From NCBI GenBank assembly GCA_963693365.1, contig CAVNZM010000001.1, positions 6,464,907-6,528,906 on the forward strand: a DNA stretch of 64,000 nt, given 5' to 3'. Numbering within the stretch: the first letter of the stretch is position 1; every line of letters starts with the position of its first letter. This DNA is from Amoebidium appalachense. Lineage: Eukaryota; Protista; Ichthyosporea. A program made the position numbers and the translations under genes. This document shows positions 1 to 10,885 of the stretch, piece after piece. The notes under the pieces were generated by a model. That model searched no databases and was not told the DNA's origin. It was given only the letters and a program-made list of their open reading frames with translations.

Positions 1-1380
1 CCCCCTCTTGCTCCTGGCAAACCCTTGCACAATCGCCGTGTACGTCGCAACAGTAGGAGCGATCCCATTGGTTGCCATGCCATCCACCAATCGAGTCACG
101 CCGTTTAGGTCCCCCATACGTGCGGCTCGATGTATCGCCGTCGTATACGCCTTAGCGTCCCATCCCGTGCTCTCTTCCGTTCGACTTGTTCGCCCGGTTG
201 TCTCCCCATCACCGGGGTTATCCGTGGACGAATCATGTTGCTCCATTGGAACAGGCGAACTACTTTGATTGGTCGAGACCGCACCCATCATCGCCGCCGT
301 TGCCGCCTTGGTGTCAACCCGCATACCTTCCGCCCGCATCCGGTCGAAAATAGCGTCCACCTTCTCCCGCATTCCGCCGCGTGCAAACCCGGCCATCAGC
401 GACGTGTATGTCACATGATCGGGTCCCCCTACACCCGCAGCACACATCTTTGCAAACACACCTTCCATATTTGGGACGTCTGGAAGCGCCGCATACGCAC
501 CAATCACAGCGTTGTACGTGATCTTGGACCAATGGTTGTGATCCGCCTCCAAATAGCCAATCATCGTCTCGAGCGTTTCGGCGTCACCAGACTTGCCTAA
601 AAAGGCAACCGCCGCCGTGTACGCCGCCGGGGCCGGAATGTGACCGTGGGACCTCACACTTCCATACACGTCTAACAGAAGCCGTGCGCTACCGTCACTA
701 CCTTGCGCCCCACCACACAAATTAGCTACCGTAATAAGCATTTGATCGAGTTTTTCAAAGCGATTATTCGGTAATTTGTCCCGATTTTCAAGAATTACGT
801 CGATCATGTGCACGATGCTCCCGGGATCCGCCCTCTCCATCTGAATAAAAACCCCCTCGTCGGGATACCGGCCGGTATATGCGAAAATTTGCGCCGCCAA
901 TTTAGCAAAAACACGGGGTTTCCCATTTTCGGAGCACACGTGGAATAATTGGCGCATAGTCGTCATGTAGGGGGCTGTGTGTGTGCGAACCATTTCACGC
1001 ACCGCCTGTTTTGCCTGTACGAGGGAAACAATGTCCTTAGGGCCGCCCTTTCCGGTGTTATTGGATTCACCATTTTCGATACTGGGTTTTTTGTGTGTGC
1101 GAAAATTCAATTTGGTCGTCGATGAAGAGGCTGGGTGATGCGACGGTGTTCGCGGTGTGTCGCTATTGGATGATGGCGGGTGGTATAGACGTTTTTGATT
1201 GGTTGCATTTGGAGGGCTGCAAAGCCACCTCACATGAGGGGTTGTTGGGTGGGTAGGTGTGGTTCCCATGGGGGGCAGGGCGGAAGAAAGGGGCGGGGGG
1301 AGGGGCCGGCGGGTGAGTGGGCGGAGCAGGTGGCAGGTGGTGGCGACATGAGTGAGTGCTCCTCTCCACATGCCTGCCGG
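1..1380 (-). CDS. Pentatricopeptide-repeat (PPR) protein, one long exon, 3' end beyond window start
   Basis: The minus frame is open from ~1647 to base 1 and has no stop in the window, so the ORF track misses it. My translation contains PPR units: [123 protein letters not shown]. In-frame Mets lie at 966, 1269 and 1371. The 5' boundary is uncertain; a probable acceptor follows the (CA)n tract at 1404-1506. Confidence 0.85.
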
Positions 1381-1449
1381 CCCTGGGGTGTGTGGACGGC
1401 TGAGTGTGTGTGTGTGTGTGCGCGCGCGTGTTTGTGCGTGCGTGTGTGT

Positions 1450-1509
<60 letters not shown>

Positions 1510-1763
1510 GTGTGCGTGTGCTCGTGCCCACGTGTGTGTGGGGTGGTGCAAGTCCCGGAGGAGGAGAGGAGAGGGGGGGGGAGGGGGCAGTTAGTTTAGT
1601 ACACAGGGCAAGCAAGAGATGTGCTGGCACCGATAAAACAGAAACGTACTAGCACCAAATGGAATAATCGCATCACAACTGCACCATCTGGAGGTGGGCG
1701 GTAGGGGGTGGTGAGGGGGGTGGGGGAGACGGAGGACAGGAGAGGGGGGGGGGGGGGAGAGAA

Positions 1764-2190
1764 GGATACAATACAGAAGTGGCTACGACCACAGACAAAG
1801 AAATGAAACTAAGAGGAGACGGGTCAAGATGGAAGGCGGGAGGGCAGGGGGGGGGGGGGGGGGGGGTGGGGTAGGGATACAATACAGAAGTGGCTACGAC
1901 CACAGACAAAGAAATGAAACTAAGAAGAGACGGGCCAAGATGGAAGGCGGGAGGGCAGGGAAAGGGGGGGGGGGGGGGGGGGGTAGGATACATTACAGAA
2001 GTGGCCACGACCACAGACAAAGATATGAAACTAAGAAGAGACGGGCCAAGATGGAAGGCGGGAGGGCAGGGGGGGGGGGGGGGGGGGGTAGGGGGGGGGG
2101 TAGGATACAATACAGAAGTGGCTACGACCACAGACAAAGAAATGAAACTAAGAAGAAACGGGCCAAGATGGAAGGCGGGAGGGCAGGGAA
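1764..2190. repeat. Four tandem ~87-bp units separated by variable G homopolymers
   Basis: Unit ggatacaatacagaagtggctacgaccacagacaaagaaatgaaactaagaagagacgggccaagatggaaggcgggagggcaggg starts at ~1764, ~1875, ~1986 and ~2103, with few substitutions. Confidence 0.95.
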
Positions 2191-2215
2191 GGGGGGGGGG
2201 GGGGGGGGGGGAAGG

Positions 2216-2277
<62 letters not shown>

Positions 2278-2350
2278 GGAGGGAGGGGAGGGGGAGGGGA
2301 GGAACAGGAAGGGAGGGGGGGGGAGGGGGGAGGGAAGGAACAGAGAGAGT

Positions 2351-2422
<72 letters not shown>

Positions 2423-2609
2423 GGAGGGAGGGGGAGGGGGAGGGGAGGAACAGGAAGGGAGGGGGGGGGGGGGGGGGGGGGGAGGGGGAGAGAGGGAGGG
2501 AGAAGGGGAAGAAGGAGGGGGCAAAAGAGAGGCCCACTTGTGGGTTATAATCGTAATCGGGCATGGGGTTACTGTATGTACCCGAAAATAGAGTTGTTGT
2601 TTGTTTTTT

Positions 2610-2648
<39 letters not shown>

Positions 2649-4409
2649 GGAGAACGGCACAAGTGTGCTCTATCTCTCTCTCTCTCCCCCCCCCCCCCCC
2701 CTTCCCCCCCTATCCCTCCGCCCCCCCACCTCTCCACCAACCCTCGATTTTCCTCTATTCACGCTCCCCCCCCCCCCACCTCTTTCCTCCCCTCCCCCCC
2801 CCCCCTCTTCCCCTCCCCCCCCCCCCTCCCTCTCTCTCCCTACCTCCCTCCCTCCCTCTCCCTCCCTCCCTCCCTCCCTCCCCCCCTACCTCCCTCTCTC
2901 TCGCGCGCGTGTTCGGTCGCTCCCATTACTTCCTCTCTCTCTCTCCCTCTCGGCATGCCTCTCCTCCCCCTCTCTCACTCCCTCCCCCTTCCTCCCTCTC
3001 TTCCTCTGCCCCCTTTTCCTTTTCTTTCCTCTCTCTGCCTGCCTCCATCCCGCTCCCACACCCCCTCACCACTTCTCTCCCTCCCTTCCTATGTGTATGT
3101 TTTTTATCGTGCGTGTGCGTGGGTGTGTGTGGGTATGGGTGTGGGTGTGTGTGCGGGCGTGTGTTGTGTGTGTGTGCGTGTGTGTGTGCGTGTGCGTGTG
3201 CGTGTGCGTGTGCGTGTGCGTGTGCGTGTGCGTGTGCGCATTGCACCTAGGTTTGCGTGTTTAACAAGTGTCTGTATGCTTGCACAACCGAATAATCGTG
3301 TGTGCGTTTTCTGTCTCAGGTGTGTGCGTCCGCAGACTCAGTGTATGTCTGTCCGTATAAGCTGTGTGCCTGTGCTTTTCTGTCTTCGTGTGTGTGCGGG
3401 TATGTCTGCCCGCCTGTGAGCACACATGCCTGCCCACTCAGCACAGAGATGTGTGTGTCCGTCCATACCTAGTCTCACACACAGGGCAGATGCAGGCCTT
3501 CTTTTCTCATATAGAAAACCGGCACAGGCGTCATGTTTTCTTGGCGACTATCGCCGTAACTCTCCCTATAAAACTACTTGGTTGCTACCCTCTAAAATCT
3601 TTTGACCGTATGTGGCGATGCCGGTGTATTTTGCAAAACTATGAGCCAGAGTGTGCTTGTGCACGCTAAGCGTGCATATGCTGGATGTGTCTCTGCGTCT
3701 TTGGGTGAGGGCGTGTGAGCGCGCGTGATCACACGTGACTGCGTCCCCTTCAATGCGTTCCTGTCAGTGTGTGTATGTGTGTGGTGTTCTTACACGCCTG
3801 AACACATGGTTGCCTATCACTGTGCGTGTAACTGATGCCCCTGCTGGCTAAATATACCAACTACATAGACCTATAAACACCACTTTACTACCTAACACCC
3901 CTCTCTCTCTCTCTCCCTCTCTCCCACTCCGACCTCTCTCTCCCTGGCAGCTGAGCGAGTCAAGTCTGCGGCGCCGCGGAGGCTGCCCGCCAGTTCGCCA
4001 CAGTTGAATCGAGCCGGGTCGCAGATCTTATTTCCGGGTCACGCCAGGTCCAGCCCGAAAAGCCCGGAAACCGGGTCTCGAATTCAGATACCCTAGGCCT
4101 CCGAGTCAGGAAATGAGTGATATACAAAACTTTACGGAACGCAGTATTTATATCATGGCTTAGCTAAAACACAGTTACTATGAGCGTACAGTATATACCA
4201 CAGGCACAAGACATGAAGTTGGCTCATAATTGGACGAGTGACGGGATGCCCATGATGGTCATGGCCATCCATCCACACATGGCCATTGCAAATGACAAGG
4301 TGATGGCACGTGAATTGAAACGTGATAGACATGACCACATAGCCAGCTGTGCTTACGGTATTGGGCTTATATATCCTTGTTCTGGCTTGCAATTGTATTC
4401 GAAGTTCTT

Positions 4410-5075
4410 GTCGACTGAAATTTCACCCGCCCTTCTTAAGGCATTGTGCCCTCCGCCCGTTGTAACCAAAGACAGGAATACGCCTCCTCCACCTCCCTTT
4501 GCGTATTTGGTGAGCGAGTTTTCCTCGGCCTTTTATGAATTGGGATTCATTCCTTCGTCGTGGAATGACACCCTTGTTAATCCCGTCCGTAAGAAGGTCT
4601 CTACTGGTCCGATTTCTTCCTTCCGCCCGGTCACCTTAACCAACATGTTTCGTCGCCTATTTGAGTCGTGCATTTTGTGAGCCTTTCACAAGCATGAGAC
4701 CTTATCCAATGTATTCCGGTTAAGCCTCATTCAGGGTGGGTTTCGCCATGCTTATTCCTGCTATACTCATGCTCTTCTCCTCCACGACACTATTCGTTCT
4801 GGATGTCGCGAGGTATGTTTCATCGACCTGAAGCCTACGACACGGTTCCGACGAATTTGTTGTGGCATAAGTTGGCGAATCGAGGACTCCCACTTCCCTT
4901 TGGTCGGTTACTTCAGGCGTTATTTGATCATACTCATGGGGCTGCCGTTGTGAATGGGGTACCGAGTAACTGATTCAGTCGCACTCGAGGCCTTTTACAG
5001 GGTTCACTTTTGAGCCCCCTTCTTTTTTATGTCTTTATTGACGACTTAGCGGTCGAAACTCAACAATTTCCAGTT
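4410..5075 (+). pseudogene. Non-LTR retrotransposon reverse transcriptase fragment (decayed)
   Basis: IPSSWNDTLVNPVRKKVSTGPISSFRPVTLTNMFRRLFE, then QGGFR, FIDLK/AYDTV and RGLLQGSLLSPLLFYVFIDDL. In-frame TGA at 4678 and 4971, frameshift near 4833. Clearly homologous to the RT at 30511-32205. Confidence 0.92.
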
Positions 5076-5322
5076 ATCTTGTCGCTTCGGTACATGTTTT
5101 CAGAGCAGCCCCCCTCCCCCCCTCCCCTCCCCCCCCTCCCCCCTCCCCTCCCCCCTTCCCCCACTGCACACCTTGTCAAAGTTTCAACTCAATGAGTGCT
5201 AACGGATTTGGGTAAAGGGGGGGGGGGGGGGGGGGAGGGGGGAGGGGGGGGGAGATGGGTGGAGGGGGACTCAGTTGGTAATGGGAGTAGGAAGAAAATG
5301 GTGGTCACCGTGATGGTTGTGT

Positions 5323-5383
<61 letters not shown>

Positions 5384-5463
5384 TGTGTGTGTGTGCGCGC
5401 GAGCGTTTGTGTGTGTGTGTGTGCACGCGCGCGCGCATGTGTGTGTGTGTCCACGTGTGCATG

Positions 5464-5498
<35 letters not shown>

Positions 5499-5679
5499 TG
5501 CGCGTGTGTGTGTATGCGCACGGTGCATGTGTGCGTGTGCATGTGCATGTGCGGATTTATGTGCGCGTGCGTGCCCGTATGGGCGGGCCCTCACGTGCCC
5601 ACACAAGTAAAGTTTTCATCATTCAATCCCTGTTTGGCTATGTTTTTGTTTTTGTTTTTTTTGTTTTTTTTTCTGGGAG

Positions 5680-5722
<43 letters not shown>

Positions 5723-5873
5723 ATGATTATACAGAGGCAGTGAACGGATGTGCGCTTACCTGAGCCAAAACGCATTTATAGTTGGGGAGCTGGGGCACGG
5801 AGTGAGGGGATTCAAGATTTCCGGATCCCCCTCTTTCGTCGATTCTCTCCGAGAGACCGCTCCGCGTCTCTAC

Positions 5874-5952
<79 letters not shown>

Positions 5953-6252
5953 CCTCCCCCCCCCCCCTCCCCCCCTTCTCCTTCTTTCCTCCCACCTGCT
6001 CACCCACCCCCTCCTCCCCCCTCCCTCCCCCGCCATCCTCTCTCTCTCTCTCTTTCTCTCGCTCTCTCTCCCTCTCTCTTCGTGTCTAGCTGTCTCTCTC
6101 TCTCTGTGTGTGTGTGTCATGTGTGTTTTCTAAGAGTACCGGGGGCATCTTGACCAGGCAATGATTTTTTTCTGTCCTCGTTAAATCGCAGTGCCGCAAG
6201 CAATGCGCACGAGCGCCTGCATGGGCCACATGTGGGCACAATGGAGGGAGAA

Positions 6253-6288
<36 letters not shown>

Positions 6289-6509
6289 AGGGTGGTGGAG
6301 GGAGGAGGAGATGGGGGAGGGTGGGGGTGAGGGGCTCGAGAGGGATTATTTGATTCTCATGACATCAACATGCAACTTGAGCTCACCGGCTTGCTCAAAA
6401 GGTGGAGAAGTGGGGGGGGGGGGTTCAAAGTTTTCGAATGTGTGGTCTGCGCAGAAAAATTCCTTTAAAAATTTTTTTTTTTTTTTTTTTTTTTTGGGGG
6501 GGGGGGGGT

Positions 6510-6720
6510 AGCCATAGATATTAAATGCATAACACGCTAAGAAATACGACTATAGAATGAACATAGGCAGAACCCATCCTCAGAGTAGGCAAAAATCTGA
6601 GTGCCGACCCGTATAAGTAACCCAACCCAGACAACAGCGTCATTCCAATTGGAATGGGTTACCCGCCTTGGTCTCCAAGGCTTTGTACCTGCTGGCTTAC
6701 GTAAGTGGCTGGGCACTACT
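6510..6720 (-). mobile_element. Highly diverged copy of the structured poly(C)-ended repeat family
   Basis: The reverse complement reads gccttggagaccaaggcgggtaaccc...gtctgggttgggt...gggtcggcactcaga...ctgaggatgggttctgcctatg and ends in a C-run, colinear with 44512-44672. Confidence 0.65.
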
Positions 6721-7437
6721 ACGCTGCGGCAAACAAACAAACAAACAAAGGGGGAAAAAAAAGAAGAAAAAAAAATGGGGCCACAGGGAAGACAGCACTC
6801 AGACTATTAGTCAGCAAGGTTCAACTGATTGGAGTGGAGCAGGGAGATTCGTGGGCCGTCGGGGAAGGGGGAAAGGGGAGAGGGAGGTGGGTGGGTTGAG
6901 GGTGAGGATCGGGGGGGGGGGGGGGGGGGGAGGGGGGGGGGGGGGGAAAGGAAAGGGAGGGTGGGGGAGGGAAAGGAGGGAGGGTGGGGGGGGGGGGGGG
7001 GGGGGGGGATGGTATAGGAGCAAAAACAATTGTTCTGGACTAAGTATGAACATTTTCTTAAAGTGCCTTTTATTATTTGTTATTGGACCACCTTCGGTCA
7101 GGTGAATTCGGGGCCAGGGCAGACGCACCGATATTTGCTCGATTATGACTTTATGCTATCCATAAGGCAAGGCAGACCTAACACTGCCAAGGAAATAAGT
7201 AATTTACACTATCACTTCTTTTGAATGCATATTACGCACTCTCTTAGCGAACCTCAAGAACTAAGGAATCAACTGCCACTACAAGATACATGCAGCTCAC
7301 CTATATATCACCTATATATTCTTTACGTACACTTACATATACATCCTAACTACAAAAAACCACACCATTGTGCATCAGTACTTCCAAAAAGAGCTCACAC
7401 AATGTCATCATAATCACATCAAAATTTCACCCAAATC

Positions 7438-7776
7438 TCAGCAGTTCTTGACTTGATAGAGCCCCATCATGCCCTGGTCTTCGTGCTGAAGAATGTGGCA
7501 GTGCATAACTATCTCGCCGGTAAATGTTTGGGGCTTGAACCGGATAGTTATGCCGTTGGGGGCAAATGCGGGGGCCGTGTCTCTCCACTCGCCGATGCGG
7601 ATGACGTCAGCGTAGGTGGTGGAGCTCAGCCCGGCAATGCTTGCAATCTGCAGTTTGTGTTTGTGTGGTTGTAATTTTATTTTTTATATATAGATTTTTT
7701 TTTGTGGGGGGGGGGGGGGGGGGGGGTTGGAATTGGGTAAAAGTAGAATTCATACACGAAAGGGTTCGAAAGCGGG

Positions 7777-7810
<34 letters not shown>

Positions 7811-9794
7811 AAGATAGAAAGAAAGAAAGGGAAAGAAAGAAAGAAAGAAAGAATATAAAGGGGCAAAAAAAAGAAAGAATGGAATGAAAAAAAGAAAAGC
7901 AAAAAAAAAAAGAAAAACACATTGGCCAGATGGGGTGATGCCATGACGAAGGATAAATAAGATGATATGTTGCACAATTCATGCACAAGCAACAATACAC
8001 ACACACAACACACATATACACACCTGGAAGTGGTACACGTGCTGGTGGTATGGATGGGCGCCTGTTGCTGGTGCTCCGCCAGTTGCCCCGCCACCTGCAA
8101 GAGACAAGGGATATGGTGTAGGTATGGGGGAATGGGGAAGAGGTAAAGGGAGGGGGGGGGGGGGGGGAAGGGGAAGGGGGGAGGGGGGAGGGGGAAGGGA
8201 GGGAGGGAGAAGGAGTAGTTAGAACCAGTCTATGCCAATTTGATGAGTGAGTGTTCTAAGCGCTTTTAAATGCTTTAGAAAAGAAAATGCAAGCGGAACT
8301 TAGAAGACTAGGCAATCAGTAAAAGAAAAGGGACGGGTAGGAAACATGATTTTTTTTTTAGTTGTAAAATTTGGTACCCCGTCAACCCATACCTAGGTTC
8401 CCCGCTGGTGCCGCGGGAGCGCCCATAGGGGCAAGCCCTGAAGCGCCGGGAGGAGGGCCAAATCCAGTAGGGTTTGTGGGGACACCACCAGAGGGGGGAG
8501 GGGGTAGGCCGGTGGGGTTTGTGGGGACACCTCCGGAGGAAGGTGGGGGAAGGGAGGTGGGGTTTGAGGGGATGCCTCCGGAGAAAGGAGGAGGGAGGTT
8601 GGTGCGGTTTGAGGGGATACCTCCGGAGGGAGCAGGGCCCGTGGGGTTTGAGGGGACACCTCCGGGGGGAAGAAGGGGGGGCGCCTCCGGGGGGTGGGGC
8701 AACACCAGGGGGAGGGGGTCCCATACCACCAGGGGGTGGGGGAAACTGGCGCCTCCTCCGGGCGGCTCCACCGGGGGGTCCGGGGGGGGACGATCGTAAA
8801 TTGGTAAACCTTGCCGAGGCACATGGACTCGACATACCTGCTCGACTCCGGCACCGAGAACCCTGGGAAGCTCACACCGTTAACGGTTTCAACGGTGTTA
8901 TTGCCCGTGCCAGTGAGTGACAGGGTGATTTTGGTGACGCCCTTTGAGCCGGTAGACAGAGCGGTACCGGACCCCATGAGGGTCGTAAGGTAGCTGGGAA
9001 GGGGAGCCTGGAGGGTCGGAAAATTGTTGAGGATTGCAGTAGGGGTAGTGGTAGCAACCACCTTGAGAGCCATCACTGTGGCCTGTGTGTGGCGGTTCTC
9101 CGTGCTGAGGGCGCTGTTTGCAGTCACCGGGGTGGATTTGATGTTGACGACCGTGTTGACCGTGGAGGTTGGGCAAAGAATCGCAACGTCCGCCCGACTG
9201 CCGGGGACCAGAACGATGGAGCTGATAGTGGTGTATGGAGTGTAGTGGAAAACACCGTCACGCGCTAGAAGACGCATCGAGCACGCGCTGGGTACGAGCT
9301 CAACGGTACGCAGACCCGCGGCGTGCACGAAACGCATAAGTGTGACCTGGCCTGCTTTAACCTCCATTGTTGGTTGGTACTGGCCGTTTACAACGTAGAA
9401 ATCACGAGGCGACGTGCTGCTCAGATACGTTGGGTTGGGAGGGATGGACTCGTACTTTTCGTTGGCGCTTTTGTAGAGTTGCGAGACGGTAAGGTAATCT
9501 TTCATTGTGAAAGCAGCGGAGGTCCCCTGATCGGCGCCGTTGAAAATGATGTGTTGGAATACGAGCACACGATGGCCGTGGGTGAGGTAGAGGGCACGCA
9601 GGTCGATAGGGAGAGAGTAGGTGCTGGGGGGCTCAACGAGAAGAGCACCGGCAAGCCCTCCCATCACCTATGTTGTGTATCGTTAGCATAACGATTTTAC
9701 ATTTGCAATTTCTTGTAGGAAAATTAGCCTTGAGTCTTCGTTTTAGTAGTACGTGAATTGGTGCCTTACAGGATACGAGGGCAAAAAATCTGCC

Positions 9795-9830
<36 letters not shown>

Positions 9831-10606
9831 GATGGTAAACGAAATGAAGAACAAGAAAAGGAGCGGAACTTATAAAAAAAAGAAACGTTTGTATCCACGG
9901 TTTGTACCATTGATCCACCCATAAGAAATCGGTATGAACAAACAAAATCATAGCCAGCTAGTTTCTCACCAACGTCTTAGTCTGTCCCTACAAAACCGTG
10001 GAAGAAGAAAACGAACACAATATATCCTTATACTTGTGCTTTTACTAAATAAATTTACTACAAACATAACGTGATCATCCAAGTATACATTAATTTGCGG
10101 GGTTTACTCACTTGCAGTGCCGTTGCTCCATGGTGGTGCGCATGGTACCAGTGGGTGCCCATCAGATGCGTGCTGGGTAGCGTGTACTTGTACGTCCATT
10201 TGCCACCGGGCTTGATGGACACCTTGATAAGGTCTTCGTCCGGGGACACATGCAGACCGTGTGTATGCAGGTTGGTGGTGTCGGGGCAGTGGAACTTGTT
10301 GGCGTGGTACTCACAGTTGCTCACAGGAGAAGCAGTGCTAAGTCCATTGATTACCGTAATGCTGCAAGAGGTCCCAGGGCGCATGCGAATGGTGGGACCA
10401 GGCGCATACATTACGCCGCCGTATTCATATCCACGTGTGTTGAAGGCAATAAGGTTGCTGATAGCCCACCTGTGTTGTTTGACCGTGAGGGTTACTGCCG
10501 TGTTCATGCAGTCAACAACACGGGGGAATGTGAGTGTTGGCCCAGCATTGCACAGTTGCGTGGCGAGGAGCAAGGACGAGAGGGTTGCAAGCGTGTTGCC
10601 GTGCAT
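7438..10606 (-). CDS. Three-domain multicopper oxidase (CueO/SufI-like), probably secreted, ~683 aa, 4 exons
   Basis: Exons 10606-10112, 9667-8393, 8094-8024 and 7647-7438, all GT-AG. All four Cu motifs are present: TTNLHTHGLH, WYHAHHH, HPYHQHVYHFQ, HCHILQHEDQGMM. The N-terminus is hydrophobic and signal-like. The model needs one extra base in the G8 run at 8782-8789 to stay in frame. Confidence 0.92.
8455..8690 (-). repeat. Coding minisatellite, ~5 units of 33-39 bp encoding (S/P)GG(V/I)P(S/T)NPTxxPPP
   Basis: Repeated gtggggtttgaggggacacctccggagg-like units inside oxidase exon 2. Confidence 0.9.
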
Positions 10607-10734
10607 TTTCAGCGTTGTCAACCCACAATGTGGGAAACGCTGAGCTACTTTTGTGACAGTGTTAACGAAGTGTGCGTCTGATTCAAACACACTGTGACAG
10701 GCTGTCCAGTGAATGAATTCCAATTCGTGCTCGG

Positions 10735-10885
10735 TATAAATACTTGAAGGGTGAGTGGAAACTCCAAGAAGGAGATAGGAGTATTTATGATGGGCGAACT
10801 TGTGTTCCGTATGTATTCATGATATCTGGTATGTGCCTGTCACGACATCAAATAGGCGGATACAATGAGCGCGCGTTGATTGGTT
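10735..10885 (-). promoter_or_regulatory. Possible core promoter of the multicopper oxidase
   Basis: Minus-strand TATTTATA (10735-10742), CATAAATA (10782-10789) and CCAAT (~10879-10883), 130-280 nt upstream of the ATG. Motif match only. Confidence 0.3.

Noticed and set aside
8-600. Plus-strand ORFs 8..268 and 130..600; likewise 10071..10681 and 31632..32114
   Set aside because: Antisense shadows of the PPR, oxidase and RT coding sequences.
1764-2190. CRISPR-like array
   Set aside because: Spacers are G homopolymers rather than unique sequence, units are too long, no cas genes are present and the context is eukaryotic.
3945-4110. GC-rich segment considered as a tRNA or 5S-derived SINE head
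   Set aside because: No convincing A/B boxes or cloverleaf could be drawn.
8393-8780. C-terminus of the track ORF 8393..9667 (PEVSPQTP repeats)
   Set aside because: It ends in a stop at the splice donor and would delete two copper-binding motifs. The alternative Pro/Gly frame splices in phase.
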